DNA of 63,939 nucleotides, filler included, from Candidatus Woesearchaeota archaeon (lineage in GTDB: Archaea; Nanobdellota; Nanobdellia; Woesearchaeales; CG1-02-33-12): assembly GCA_018399355.1 (NCBI GenBank). It is 8 parts of 8 records of this genome, joined end to end, with 100 filler letters (N's around TTAATTAATTAA, not from the genome) between each part and the next. Parts side by side here need not be neighbours in the genome. Positions count along the whole stretch, not along the records: positions 36,826 to 42,127 come from JAGYOA010000051.1; positions 42,228 to 47,175 come from JAGYOA010000052.1; 6 more parts are not named here. The stretch is one strand, 5' to 3'. Below the pieces are notes generated by a model that saw nothing but the letters and a program-made list of their open reading frames with translations, made no database searches and was not told where the DNA came from. The number at the start of each line of letters is the position of its first letter. Positions within the stretch are counted from its first letter, which is position 1. The translations under genes and the position numbers were made by a program. Shown in pieces: positions 37,492 through 47,275 of the stretch.

Positions 37492-37914
37492 ATGATAGGT
37501 TGGTTAATCTTTGTGATATTAGGAGTTCTTATAGTAGCAAGTTTCTTAGATATAAAATATAAAGCAGTTCCATCAGTTCTTTTAACTGGATTTTTGTTTA
37601 TCGTTGCTGTTTTGAGAATAGAAAACTTACAATTTGGTATTTTGGCAGGATTATTTGCATGGGTTATAAAGGATTTAATTTATGAGTGGAATGGTTTAGA
37701 ATTTGGAATGGCAGATATTAAAATTATGGCTCTGATCGGTTTATTAATTCCATCAATGAATTTATTTTTGGTTTTTGTGGGTATATTTTCATTATTTCAA
37801 TTTGTTTATACTCTTATTTGGCAATGGAGGATGGGAAATGATAAGGAAAGGCCTTTTATTCCATGTCTTTTATTTGTTTATATTACCCTAATAATCATAG
37901 GGGGAGTTGCATAA
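37492..37914 (+). CDS. prepilin peptidase (A24)-like membrane protein
   Basis: ASFLDIKYKAVP (first Asp), GMADIK (GxGD-like second Asp), C-terminal PFIP. Confidence 0.75.
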   Translation: MIGWLIFVILGVLIVASFLDIKYKAVPSVLLTGFLFIVAVLRIENLQFGILAGLFAWVIKDLIYEWNGLEFGMADIKIMALIGLLIPSMNLFLVFVGIFSLFQFVYTLIWQWRMGNDKERPFIPCLLFVYITLIIIGGVA

Positions 37915-38048
37915 TGAATAAAACAAAAATAAATTTTTATGAGATGAAAAAAGATGAATTGGTGGATCTTCTCATGAAATACCGAGAAGAGACCTCAAGA
38001 TTAAGAAAGATTTTGAGAGATATTAAATTTCAATTGATGGGAGTTTAA
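37914..38048 (+). CDS. small coiled-coil protein
   Basis: ATG overlaps the previous stop; GGGGAG RBS. Confidence 0.6.
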   Translation: MNKTKINFYEMKKDELVDLLMKYREETSRLRKILRDIKFQLMGV

Positions 38049-38062
38049 AAAGGAGGTTTAAA

Positions 38063-38233
38063 ATGGGCGAATTGATGAATATAAAGGGCCTCTCTGAGGG
38101 TAATAAGAAAACTTTATTCAAAGAGTTGGGAAATAATCTAAGACAAGCATGGTATTTTGATAAGTGGTATGAAAAACTGATCCTTGTTGGACTATGTGTT
38201 TTGGGATTATGGAAAATAATTGGGTTTTTTTAA
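38063..38233 (+). CDS. 56-aa protein with C-terminal TM helix
   Basis: GGAGGT RBS; MGELMNIKGLSEGNKK...LWKIIGFF. Confidence 0.6.
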   Translation: MGELMNIKGLSEGNKKTLFKELGNNLRQAWYFDKWYEKLILVGLCVLGLWKIIGFF

Positions 38234-38325
38234 AGTATGGCAAAGAAAGAATGGTTGAAGAGAGAAAATTTAAGAATACATAAAAATACAATAAAATTCA
38301 TAAAGGAGGATAAACAAAGAAGAAA

Positions 38326-38580
38326 ATGGCGAAAAGAACAGCAGAATGTGAAAGATGTAAAAAGTCAATAGATCTTGAGGAAGATTTTTATGTTAGTTTA
38401 GGAACTCATAAAGGGAAAGAAGTTAGAGATATGAAATATTTTCATTTTAATTGTTGGAGAGTACATTTTGAAGAGAAAGCGAGAGAAAAGGCAGAGGCAG
38501 TTGTTAATGGAATGCAGGAGAGAATTATGCCAATTGCAAAACAAATGACTGACAAATTTAAGAATTTAGTAGTAAATTAA
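38326..38580 (+). CDS. zinc-finger protein (CxxC...HxxC)
   Basis: CERCKKSI...YFHFNCW. Confidence 0.7.
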   Translation: MAKRTAECERCKKSIDLEEDFYVSLGTHKGKEVRDMKYFHFNCWRVHFEEKAREKAEAVVNGMQERIMPIAKQMTDKFKNLVVN

Positions 38581-38623
38581 ATAAAAACAAAAGATTTATA
38601 AATATAGTGTGTGTGTGATTAAT

Positions 38624-38782
38624 ATGGTTGAAAAAGGGAGTGATGAGAGACCAAAGGGAATTGAGAAATTTAAATGTGAAAATTGTGGATCAACTTTTAC
38701 ATATTTCAGAATTAAAGATAACTCTATTGTATGTCGTCGTTGTGGGCATGTAACTAAGTTGAAAAGGATTAACCAAAAATGA
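38624..38782 (+). CDS. 52-aa zinc-ribbon protein
   Basis: CENCGSTFTYFRIKDNSIVCRRCGH; TTTATAAA box upstream. Confidence 0.7.
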   Translation: MVEKGSDERPKGIEKFKCENCGSTFTYFRIKDNSIVCRRCGHVTKLKRINQK

Positions 38783-38970
38783 AAAAACCTAAGTATTTTC
38801 TTCCTTTAAGAGTTTTTGATCTTGTTGTATTATTTGTTCTGGGATTTAGTTTTCTTATTTCTGCAATTGATGTGAAAATGGGATTGGGATATATTATTTT
38901 CATAAGTTTTGGATCTCTATTTCTTGCAGTTTATAACTATTTCAAATTAAACGGAGAAAATAAGAAATAA
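38779..38970 (+). CDS. small two-TM protein
   Basis: hydrophobic, translationally coupled on both sides. Confidence 0.65.
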   Translation: MKKPKYFLPLRVFDLVVLFVLGFSFLISAIDVKMGLGYIIFISFGSLFLAVYNYFKLNGENKK

Positions 38971-39689
38971 TGGCCGATATTAGTTTAGCAAATACCTTCG
39001 GAAGTTTTGATATTGGTTTAGGATCAATTGGAAATGTACTTCTTATTTTCTTTCTAACAGTTTTAATTTTTGGCCTTGTTGGTGTTGCTCTTTTTATGTA
39101 TGTTAATAATAAAAAGTATAAATATTCAATTCCTCTTTATAAAAAAATTGGTGGAACTCCAATAAGAATTGCAGTTTATAAGGCAAAGGACTACAAAATA
39201 GGAAATTCAGGAGATAAATTATGGTATGTTAGAAAAATAAAGAAATTTATTCCTCCTGCAACAATACAAACTGCACCAAATGAATATCCTCATTTTGAGA
39301 GAGAAGACGGAGAATGGATCAATTTTGGTTTGGGAGATATTGATAAACAATTGAAACAAGCAGGAGTTAAGTATATAAATCAAGATATGAGGGCAACGAG
39401 AATTGCAATCGGAGAATTAATGGATCTTCGTTTTAAGGATAAAAAGGGTTTTTGGGATAAATATGGACAAATGATTATGAATGTTGTTTTTTACCTTGTA
39501 ATTGCAATTGCAATGGTTGTTATATTCTATCAATGGAGTGATATTGTAGATAAAACAAGTGTTTTAATGGATAAAATAGTACAATTAGAAGAACAAAGAC
39601 AAACTTCTGGAAATTCAGGAGTTGTTCCTGCATTTATGTTTATTATAGGAGGTTTTAAGAAATGGGTTTCTTCCAAGCATTGTTCGTAA
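38970..39689 (+). CDS. membrane protein with two TM helices flanking a soluble domain
   Basis: 239-aa ORF, hydrophobicity pattern. Confidence 0.75.
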   Translation: MADISLANTFGSFDIGLGSIGNVLLIFFLTVLIFGLVGVALFMYVNNKKYKYSIPLYKKIGGTPIRIAVYKAKDYKIGNSGDKLWYVRKIKKFIPPATIQTAPNEYPHFEREDGEWINFGLGDIDKQLKQAGVKYINQDMRATRIAIGELMDLRFKDKKGFWDKYGQMIMNVVFYLVIAIAMVVIFYQWSDIVDKTSVLMDKIVQLEEQRQTSGNSGVVPAFMFIIGGFKKWVSSKHCS

Positions 39690-39997
39690 TGATCTTGATA
39701 GTAGGAATTTTTTTGGGTATAGGATATTGGATTTACTTTTTTGCAAAAAAGAAATTTCCAAATTTAAAGTATGATATTAAATATAAGTTGTTTAAAAAGA
39801 AATATAAAGAAGATGATGTAAGATTATTATCAGAGTATCACGATAAGGGATATTCTGTTGGAGATGTTGGTCTTTCATTATTAGTGGATCATAAGTTAGA
39901 TATGAATAAAGTTAAAGAAATGTGTTATATTTATGAACAAATGAAGTTATATTTACGAACAAAAAAGGTGAAAGGAGGTAATAAAAATGGTAAGTGA
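39662..39997 (+). CDS. N-terminally anchored membrane protein
   Basis: GGAGGT RBS, N-terminal TM helix. Confidence 0.7.
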   Translation: MGFFQALFVMILIVGIFLGIGYWIYFFAKKKFPNLKYDIKYKLFKKKYKEDDVRLLSEYHDKGYSVGDVGLSLLVDHKLDMNKVKEMCYIYEQMKLYLRTKKVKGGNKNGK

Positions 39998-40340
39998 TGA
40001 TCTTAATAAACTAATGGGAAAATTAAAGAAAAAAGAAGATCCAGAGAAAGAATTAGAAGAAGACGAAGAAGAGATAGAAGAAGATGACGAAGAAGATGAC
40101 GAAGATGAGGAGAAAGTTCCAGAAGAAAAAGAAGTGAAAGAAAAATCGGATAAAAAGCCAAGTCAGGAAGAAGTAGTCAATGGAGAAGTTGGAGTTTTAC
40201 AGAATAATGGAATTTTTAGGAGAGAACTTCTACTAATTTTAAAGGAATTAGTTGATGTGAATAAAGTTAATGCACAAGTATTAATTGATCTTAGAAAGAA
40301 GTTATGTGGAGAAGATGAAGACAAAGAAAAAAAGAAGTGA
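39987..40340 (+). CDS. acidic low-complexity protein
   Basis: AAAGGAGGT RBS; long Glu/Asp tract. Confidence 0.75.
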   Translation: MVSDDLNKLMGKLKKKEDPEKELEEDEEEIEEDDEEDDEDEEKVPEEKEVKEKSDKKPSQEEVVNGEVGVLQNNGIFRRELLLILKELVDVNKVNAQVLIDLRKKLCGEDEDKEKKK

Positions 40341-40542
40341 TACTTTTAATGAGAAGGAGGAACTTTTAAAACTTCAAGGAGATTTAGATAAGGAAAAACA
40401 TGAGAGATGGATGGAAGGATTAAAATATCAAAGAGATAGCGAAAAAATCCATCATGAGCATGAAATGGAAAGACAGAGAATTAAGAGTGCAGAAATAAAG
40501 AGAATGCAGGAGAGAAAAGAATTAATGAGGTTAAGAAACTAA
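40285..40542 (+). CDS. charged coiled-coil protein
   Basis: overlapping ORF in the operon; true start may be the internal ATG (MKTKKK). Confidence 0.65.
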   Translation: MILERSYVEKMKTKKKRSDTFNEKEELLKLQGDLDKEKHERWMEGLKYQRDSEKIHHEHEMERQRIKSAEIKRMQERKELMRLRN

Positions 40543-40543
40543 A

Positions 40544-40735
40544 ATGGATAAAAGTAAGTTTTTTTCAATTTTGTATGTTGTATTGATACTGGTAGTTATT
40601 GCCACATGCATTTTTATTGTTGTTTGGATAAAAAGTGAGAGTGCAATGTGTTTAGCAGATCCAATTGAGTTTTTTGCAAATAAAACTAATCAGATATGTT
40701 ATTGTAATAATGGTTTGGGATGGAATAATCCATAG
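40544..40735 (+). CDS. small TM protein with Cys-containing C-terminal tail
   Basis: TM helix then CLADP...CYC. Confidence 0.65.
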   Translation: MDKSKFFSILYVVLILVVIATCIFIVVWIKSESAMCLADPIEFFANKTNQICYCNNGLGWNNP

Positions 40736-40815
40736 GTATTTAAAGAGTAATTAATTAATATTCATGTGGTTTAACCACAGGAAAGGAAAATAAATGAAAG
40801 GAGGTAAAAAGGAAA

Positions 40816-41154
40816 ATGATAGGAAATGAAACGAACGGAAAGTTAGATAGTTGGGATGGATTTTTGGGATCTAATTTCTTAAATGCAGAAGATGTTGATG
40901 GAGAAAATCAACCATTTGTTTGTATTTCAACAGAATTAGATACTGAAAATGATAGGCCAATTTTAATTCTTGAACATAATGGAATTAAGTCAAAGTTTTC
41001 TCTTAATGTGACAAATTCTAATTTCATTAAGAATGTAGGAATTAAATCACCAAAAGATGTCGTCGGAAAAAAGATTTACTTTAGAAAGGTAATGGTAACT
41101 TCTCCAAAGACAAAAAAAGAAGTAGAAAGTTTGAGAATATCTAAAGTAGCATAA
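40816..41154 (+). CDS. putative virus-type ssDNA-binding/OB-like protein
   Basis: FLNAEDV...SLNVTN...VGKKI...SLRI pattern recalled from viral proteins; AAAGGAGGT RBS. Confidence 0.5.
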   Translation: MIGNETNGKLDSWDGFLGSNFLNAEDVDGENQPFVCISTELDTENDRPILILEHNGIKSKFSLNVTNSNFIKNVGIKSPKDVVGKKIYFRKVMVTSPKTKKEVESLRISKVA

Positions 41155-41211
41155 ATCTTGTATCCAAGCATTTATTAAGTTTAATTTTTTTATTGTTATA
41201 CAACAACTTCT

Positions 41212-41260
41212 AAGGATGGAAGTACTCCTCCCTTATTGTGAGGAACAGATTTCCATCCTT
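41212..41260. terminator. hairpin between convergent genes
   Basis: AAGGATGGAA...TTCCATCCTT 10-bp stem. Confidence 0.55.
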
Positions 41261-41336
41261 GTTTTAATAAAAGAGATCAAATTATTGTTCTTAGATTAGA
41301 TTTAGTTCCTTTTTAAATATTTTGGTGATTATCTTA

Positions 41337-42127
41337 TTATTTATCTAAAATACCTCTTATATTCTTAATTGATTTTTTTTGTGTTGTATGTAAATAGATT
41401 TCTGTTATTTGAGGTCTTGTATGGCCAAGATAATGTTGAATATCCCTTATATTAATATTCTTATTTTCCATTTCTGTTGCTCTGGTATGTCTTAACTCAT
41501 GTGGCCGTATTGCTATTCCTATGGCTTGTAATGAGTTTTTTCTTATTCTACGGTGTATATCCCTTTCATAAAGATCTCTAAAGACAAAGGAGTTATTTGA
41601 GTTTAAAGTATATAATATTCTATCTTTACTCATTTTTGCATTTATTATCCCTTTTTCTAAGTATAAATTTAAGAGAATTTTCATTACTTCTGGAGGAATT
41701 AGAACTTCTCTCTCTTTTGCACCCTTTCCAAGTATTTTAAGTGTGCAATACTTTGATGGATCTTTAAGCCAATCACTCCATCCAAAATCACCTATTTTAA
41801 TAGGTATTATCTCTTTCCTTCTTAATGCACCATAGTAGATTATATCAAAAATAAGGCCGTCTCTTAATTTTCTTTTATAGGATACTTTCCTTATTTGATC
41901 TATTTGCTGTTGCGATAAATTTCTCACAATTCTCTTTTTACTTTTTCTTTTCTTTGCAGGAGGTAATACAAAATTATGATCAATTTTTTCTGACCTTAGA
42001 TACTCAAAAAAACTGTTCATAAATGCTCTCACAACATTATTATTATTTTTACTTTGCAAGAACTTATTTATGTTTTCTTGAGTGGGAGTAAGCAAAATAA
42101 AATCTTTATAATAGGTATAGTAATGCC
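41337..42127 (-). CDS. tyrosine recombinase/integrase, 5' truncated
   Basis: ALRRKE, GKGAKER, HELRHTRAT, LGH, TEIY; frame open to the contig edge. Confidence 0.93.
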
Positions 42128-42227
42128 NNNNNNNNNNNNNNNNNNNNNNNNNNNNNNNNNNNNNNNNNNNNTTAATTAATTAANNNNNNNNNNNNNNNNN
42201 NNNNNNNNNNNNNNNNNNNNNNNNNNN
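42128..42227. other. artificial contig spacer
   Basis: N/TTAATTAATTAA/N linker. Confidence 0.98.
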
Positions 42228-42345
42228 TGGGCTTGAATTTTAATTCAACGCCCACCTTTGCGTGCCAGCTGAGCGTAACCAGCTGTGTTGAACCCCCGAC
42301 CTGCGGATTACAAGTCCGCCGCTATAGCCACTAAGCCACCGAGGC
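42228..42345 (-). tRNA. tRNA-Thr(UGU), 5' exon (42287-42345) plus partial T-loop intron, truncated by the gap
   Basis: GCCTCGG..., GCGGA-CTTGTAA-TCCGC anticodon arm, GGGGGTTCAAC, then the same intron as tRNA-Val. Confidence 0.88.
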
Positions 42346-42433
42346 GATGTTTTTGGTAGTAAGAGCATGATTTATATAGTTTTCTGTTAAAAACAGGAAA
42401 ACCTTTTTATATTAATCAAATAAAAATAATGCT

Positions 42434-43813
42434 ATGAAAACCATATATCCAAGAATAGCAATAGAAAGCTCCTCATTCTTTACAACAGCAGTTGCAGCTG
42501 CCCTCACTGATATAAGGGCCCAATCAACCTACAAATACCTTTGGCACTACTTTAAACCATCTCCACATGTATTTTACACAGAAAGAATGGGAGAGAAGGC
42601 AGATGTAAATAAGTTAGCTGAAAATGTAATAAAATGCTATGATATTCTGGGAGATAAAAAATTTGATTATATTATAATCGGGCCAGGCTCAGGCGGAGCA
42701 GCAGACCTGGCAAATGCAATGAACGCTCCTTTATTGCCAGTACACACAATGGTTATTGAATTAAGGTTGTTTAATCCAATAAGGCCTGATGATATTGAGA
42801 AGTATGCCAAGGAAGGAACAGAACTAGCTGAAAGAATCCTTAAGAAAAATAAGAATATAGACATTGTGATACATGATGATGTTGTTCATGACAGGTCAAC
42901 AATAAAATGGTATCTTATAAACAGGATAAAGTTCAAAAAGCTTCCAAATGTATACAACAAGTTCATAAAAAGGTTTCTAAAGAAAAACGGAACAATAATT
43001 TTCATTGATAATAAAGAAAAGTGGGAGCAGTACAATATAAAGAAAAACATAAGGTTTCAGCTGGGTGGTTATGGGGGAATAAGTTTTAATGAGTATGTTA
43101 AAGGCTCAAAAAGAATAGATGAATGGATGAAAAAAAGCAACCAATCTCATAAAGGAGGATGGAAACTAAAATATAAAACAGAAAAAAGGCCCGAGTCAGA
43201 ATGGGGAACCCCTATTGGATTAGACAAAGACACAAAAGAATACTGCAAGAAAAATAATTTTAATTTTATTGAGATTGAAACAAAGAACATAAATGAGTTA
43301 AGCTTGTTAAGCGCTTATTTGTGGTATGAAAGAAATAAAAAGAGCGGCGGCTCAAAAGGATATTCAATAGGGACTTTCTGGGCCCACTCACCCACTGCGT
43401 CAGGACTTTCAAGGCACATTCCTTACTGGGTTCCATGGCCTGATGAAAAAACAATAAAAATAGCAGATAATCATTTAAAAAAAATGGTTAAGGATTTTGA
43501 TGTTCCAAAAAAAGTAATATTTGCAAGGCACGGTGCAATAGGTCCGGATATAGTCGGAATACAAGGATGGGGAGATATGCTGAAAAAATATTTCAAAGAA
43601 GAAAATATAAAGCTCCATGGAAGCTTGACAAATGTTGTCTATAATGGAATCAATAAGAAGGTTCATTCACTTGCAACAATGAAGTCAATAGGAGATTACA
43701 TAAAAAACATAACAACATGGGCAAATGCAATGAATGATAAAAGCCAGCTATTATTAAACAAAGACAACTTAATAAGCATTGCAAAAAAATTAAGATTGAA
43801 GGTGATTAATTGA
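42434..43813 (+). CDS. hypothetical protein (459 aa), possible alpha/beta fold
   Basis: long ORF; IIIGPGSGGAADLA; coupled to the glycosyltransferase. Confidence 0.75.
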   Translation: MKTIYPRIAIESSSFFTTAVAAALTDIRAQSTYKYLWHYFKPSPHVFYTERMGEKADVNKLAENVIKCYDILGDKKFDYIIIGPGSGGAADLANAMNAPLLPVHTMVIELRLFNPIRPDDIEKYAKEGTELAERILKKNKNIDIVIHDDVVHDRSTIKWYLINRIKFKKLPNVYNKFIKRFLKKNGTIIFIDNKEKWEQYNIKKNIRFQLGGYGGISFNEYVKGSKRIDEWMKKSNQSHKGGWKLKYKTEKRPESEWGTPIGLDKDTKEYCKKNNFNFIEIETKNINELSLLSAYLWYERNKKSGGSKGYSIGTFWAHSPTASGLSRHIPYWVPWPDEKTIKIADNHLKKMVKDFDVPKKVIFARHGAIGPDIVGIQGWGDMLKKYFKEENIKLHGSLTNVVYNGINKKVHSLATMKSIGDYIKNITTWANAMNDKSQLLLNKDNLISIAKKLRLKVIN

Positions 43814-44931
43814 AAATAGGCATGTTTACAAACTATTACAAACCAACTACAACAGGAGTAGTAAATTCAATATGCTCATTAAAAGAGGGGCTTGAAAATC
43901 TTGGCCATGAGGTTTATGTTTTTACATTCAGTCATTTAGGGTATAAAGACAAAGAAAAAGGGATAATCAGGATAGGCTCAATAAAATTTGAAAAAAACAA
44001 TGAATTTGACCTTATGCTTCCAAGCTTTGGAAAGTCAATAAAAACAATAAAAAGCCTTGATGTAATCCACTCTCATCATCCTGTTATAATGGGCTGGTTC
44101 GGCTCTTTTTTTGCAGAGCTCTACACCAAGCCGCATATTTTTACCTATCATTCCCAATATGAAAATTACAGCATTTACATTCCGTTTGAGCAAAGAATCA
44201 CAAAAGCTGTAACAAAAAAGATAATTAAAAACTATGCAAACAAATGCGACTGTGTTATTTCACCTTCTGAAAGCATAAAAAAAATAATCCTTAAACAGGG
44301 AATCAATACAAGAATAGATGTTGTTCCAACTGGAATAAACCTTGAAAGATTCAAAACAGGAAATGGATCAAAAATAAGAAAAAAGCATAAGATTAGTTTA
44401 AATAAAAAGATACTTCTTTATGCAGGAAGGATTGCAAAGGAAAAAAATATTGACCTGCTTATAAACTCGTTTGATTTAATTGCAAAAAAAAGAGAAGATG
44501 TATGCCTTGTTATTGTCGGAAAGGGCCTAAAAAAGATGCATTTAAAACGCATTATAAAAAAGATGAAACTTGAAAAAAAGGTTATACTTGCGGGGTTTTC
44601 AAAATCAATACAGGATTATTATGATGCTGCTGATTTGTTTGTTTTCAGCTCGCCAAATGAAACCCAGGGATTAGTTTTAGTTGAAGCAATGGCCTCAGGA
44701 AAGCCTGTTGTGGCTGTTGAGTCTTCAGGGGCCAATGATATCATCAATGGAAAAAATGGATTCCTTGCAAAAAACTCTGTAAAAGATTTTAGCAGTAAGA
44801 TAACAAAAATCCTTGACGATGATAATTTAAGAAAAAGCATGTCTGAAGAGGCATTAAAAACCTCAGAAAAATTTTCAACAGAGATAATGGCAAAAAGAAT
44901 GCAGGAAATTTATAAATCATTATTAAATTAA
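43810..44931 (+). CDS. GT4-family glycosyltransferase
   Basis: MFTNYY.P..GVV.S, GRIAKEKN, ETQGLVLVEAMASGKPVV. Confidence 0.93.
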   Translation: MKIGMFTNYYKPTTTGVVNSICSLKEGLENLGHEVYVFTFSHLGYKDKEKGIIRIGSIKFEKNNEFDLMLPSFGKSIKTIKSLDVIHSHHPVIMGWFGSFFAELYTKPHIFTYHSQYENYSIYIPFEQRITKAVTKKIIKNYANKCDCVISPSESIKKIILKQGINTRIDVVPTGINLERFKTGNGSKIRKKHKISLNKKILLYAGRIAKEKNIDLLINSFDLIAKKREDVCLVIVGKGLKKMHLKRIIKKMKLEKKVILAGFSKSIQDYYDAADLFVFSSPNETQGLVLVEAMASGKPVVAVESSGANDIINGKNGFLAKNSVKDFSSKITKILDDDNLRKSMSEEALKTSEKFSTEIMAKRMQEIYKSLLN

Positions 44932-45299
44932 TCTTCTTTCTTAAAGCTTTCAGGAATATCAATAAGGTATTTTCCTTCCTCTAGCTTGTATATAAGAGGT
45001 CTTTTCTTGAACAAATGCACAAGGTCAAGCTCATATTTGCCCGGCTTTAAAACCTTTATTGACTCAAGGTCAAGAACAACGGGGTTTTCCTTATCTCTTT
45101 CTTCCCCTATTAAATCAAAGACATCTTTTTCTATCTCTTTTTTTTCTTTTTGAGTTAATTCATGGACTATTTTTTGCTGCTCCTCAAGCTTCTTTTTGTT
45201 TATGTAAAAAAACAACCTGCCACCGCAAGAGCATCCTTTTAGAATTTCCTCTGCCCCGTCTTCATAAAGCTTTCCGCATCTTACGCATTGGTGGGGCAT
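44928..45299 (-). CDS. oapC: Zn-ribbon protein OapC (DUF2072)
   Basis: MPHQCVRCG...ILKGCSCGG..F, ESIKVLKPGKYELDL. Confidence 0.88.
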   Translation of the reverse strand: MPHQCVRCGKLYEDGAEEILKGCSCGGRLFFYINKKKLEEQQKIVHELTQKEKKEIEKDVFDLIGEERDKENPVVLDLESIKVLKPGKYELDLVHLFKKRPLIYKLEEGKYLIDIPESFKKED

Positions 45300-45301
45300 T
45301 T

Positions 45302-45718
45302 TCAGCTAGGATTCTTTCTCCTCCTTTTTCTTTTTGTTCCGTTTCCGTTATTATTATCTTCTGTAAAGAGCTGTATTTTATCAGGGTCTTTCTTTATCTC
45401 GCGAACAACTGATGCAGGACCTATAATTGTTAATCCCTGCCTGTCTCCAAGAAGCACATTTATCAATCCGATTTTCATCTTCTTGAAAACATCTGCTTTT
45501 TTATTTTCAGGATAGATTACTGAGAGCTCTATTCCTTTGAAATCTTTGTTGATTTCTTCCATAGTTGCTTTTATGAGCTCTCCTTCCTCTTCTTTTCTAA
45601 GCCTTCCTTCTAAAAGAACTATCTTGTTTTCTTTTGCTATGTTAAGCAGCTTTCTTATCCTTCCTACTGAACTCAGGCTTTCAATCTCACCGTAGGGAAT
45701 AAATTGCAAAGTCAACAT
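45302..45718 (-). CDS. oapB: OapB (DUF2073)
   Basis: IVLLEGRL..EE..LI..TM..I..DFKGIE, GLTIIGPA. Confidence 0.88.
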   Translation of the reverse strand: MLTLQFIPYGEIESLSSVGRIRKLLNIAKENKIVLLEGRLRKEEEGELIKATMEEINKDFKGIELSVIYPENKKADVFKKMKIGLINVLLGDRQGLTIIGPASVVREIKKDPDKIQLFTEDNNNGNGTKRKRRRKNPS

Positions 45719-46350
45719 TATCCTACCACCTTGAAAAGAGATTCATAAAACTCGTCTATGTTGTTTCCGTTTTTCGCAGATATTCCCACTACATGATATT
45801 GAGGAAATGCTGCCTCAACCTTTTTCATTTTTGATTTTTTTAAGTCAATTTTATTTCCCACAATCAAAACAGGAATATTTCTCGCCTGAAGATTGCCTAT
45901 TATTGTTATATTAACCTGGGAGTATGGGTCTTTTGTTGCGTCTAAAACAACAACAACTGCATCCATATTGTCAAGCCATTTTATTGCGTCTATAACTCCC
46001 TTTGTTGCTTCTTTTGCCCTTTCTTTTGCCTTTTTTTCGCTCATTCCAAACTTAAGGAATTCCTCATAGTCTATCTTTGTTGCAATGCCTGGAGTGTCAA
46101 CAAGGTTAAAAGAAATCTCTTTATTGCCGCTTTTTATATGAACCTGCTCTTTTATCTGGATTTCTCTTGTTTCGTGAGGCATATTTGTAACTTTACCCAT
46201 ATCCTCGCCAAGCCAGTCCTCACAGAGTTTGTTTGCCAAAGTGGTTTTTCCCGCGTTTGGAGGGCCATATAGCCCGAGCTTTATGTGCTTCTTCTTTTTA
46301 AAAAGATTCTTCAAGAACTTTTTTATAAACTTCTCAAATATAGTCACCAT
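45718..46350 (-). CDS. oapA: Era-like GTPase OapA
   Basis: GPPNAGKTTLAN, PHETR, DTPG, NKID. Confidence 0.9.
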   Translation of the reverse strand: MVTIFEKFIKKFLKNLFKKKKHIKLGLYGPPNAGKTTLANKLCEDWLGEDMGKVTNMPHETREIQIKEQVHIKSGNKEISFNLVDTPGIATKIDYEEFLKFGMSEKKAKERAKEATKGVIDAIKWLDNMDAVVVVLDATKDPYSQVNITIIGNLQARNIPVLIVGNKIDLKKSKMKKVEAAFPQYHVVGISAKNGNNIDEFYESLFKVVG

Positions 46351-46426
46351 TTTTTAAAATTATAGTTCAACCGTTATATATAAAGTTTTGGTTTTTAATC
46401 CTTCCACACATAAATAAGACAAAAAA

Positions 46427-47011
46427 TTAATTATTTTTCAATTTTTTAAAGGTTTTTGATAAAATCTTACTGCTCTTTGCTTGTTTTCTGTTTAGCAATC
46501 TTCTACTTAAGAAATCATATTCATATAATATTTTTCCTTCTTTTAATAAAGTAACTCTCATTATATTATTAGTAAAAATAATTCTTGGCTTTTGTTTTAA
46601 ATAAAACCATATTCTAAAAAATTTAATTAAACCCATTCTTAGTGCTATTGTTGTATGTAATTTATAAGGTCTGTTTATATCATTAACCCTACAATAAGAT
46701 TTGATTTTGTTCAATAATTTTTTTCTAAATTCAACTAATTCTTTATTTGGTTTAACTTTTAAGAACACTACAAAAAAAGGAAAAACGCCAATTCCATCAA
46801 CAGTGAATTTCATTAATTTTTGTTTTGAACATATTTTTTTGAAATCTGAAACTAACAATTTTTGTTTATTTGTTGCGAATGGTTGTATTAAAGTAATATG
46901 AGGAACTTTGTGATATTTTTTTAAGTTAAATTTATTATCAACTTCATTTATAAGCCCTTTTATCTGCTTCTTAGCCTTACCAAAATACCTTATTTCTATG
47001 TAATAACCCAT
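46427..47011 (-). CDS. 2H phosphoesterase (2'-5' RNA ligase-like)
   Basis: two HxT motifs: PHITL and LHTTIA. Confidence 0.8.
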   Translation of the reverse strand: MGYYIEIRYFGKAKKQIKGLINEVDNKFNLKKYHKVPHITLIQPFATNKQKLLVSDFKKICSKQKLMKFTVDGIGVFPFFVVFLKVKPNKELVEFRKKLLNKIKSYCRVNDINRPYKLHTTIALRMGLIKFFRIWFYLKQKPRIIFTNNIMRVTLLKEGKILYEYDFLSRRLLNRKQAKSSKILSKTFKKLKNN

Positions 47012-47175
47012 TTAACTGTGGTTATAAATGAGATATAAAAAACTTGCTATGTAAAATGAAAATCTTAGAACTGCTAAAATAATAAATTATTTAAACCTAA
47101 AAATTGTATTATACAATTATTTAAAATAGTTACAAAGGTTTATTGATATGGTATTCAAAGATATAACTCCTGTAT

Positions 47176-47275
47176 NNNNNNNNNNNNNNNNNNNNNNNNN
47201 NNNNNNNNNNNNNNNNNNNTTAATTAATTAANNNNNNNNNNNNNNNNNNNNNNNNNNNNNNNNNNNNNNNNNNNN
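47176..47275. other. artificial contig spacer
   Basis: N/TTAATTAATTAA/N linker. Confidence 0.98.

Larger units (their letters stand above)
36826..42127. mobile_element. provirus/integrative-element-like contig
   Basis: about 17 short, overlapping co-oriented ORFs with no recognisable host function, several AAAGGAGG RBSs, convergent tyrosine integrase. Confidence 0.75.

Noticed and set aside
41337..42345. Integrase next to tRNA-Thr as an integration site
   Set aside because: Separated by an artificial spacer; the contigs appear ordered by decreasing length, so adjacency is not evidence
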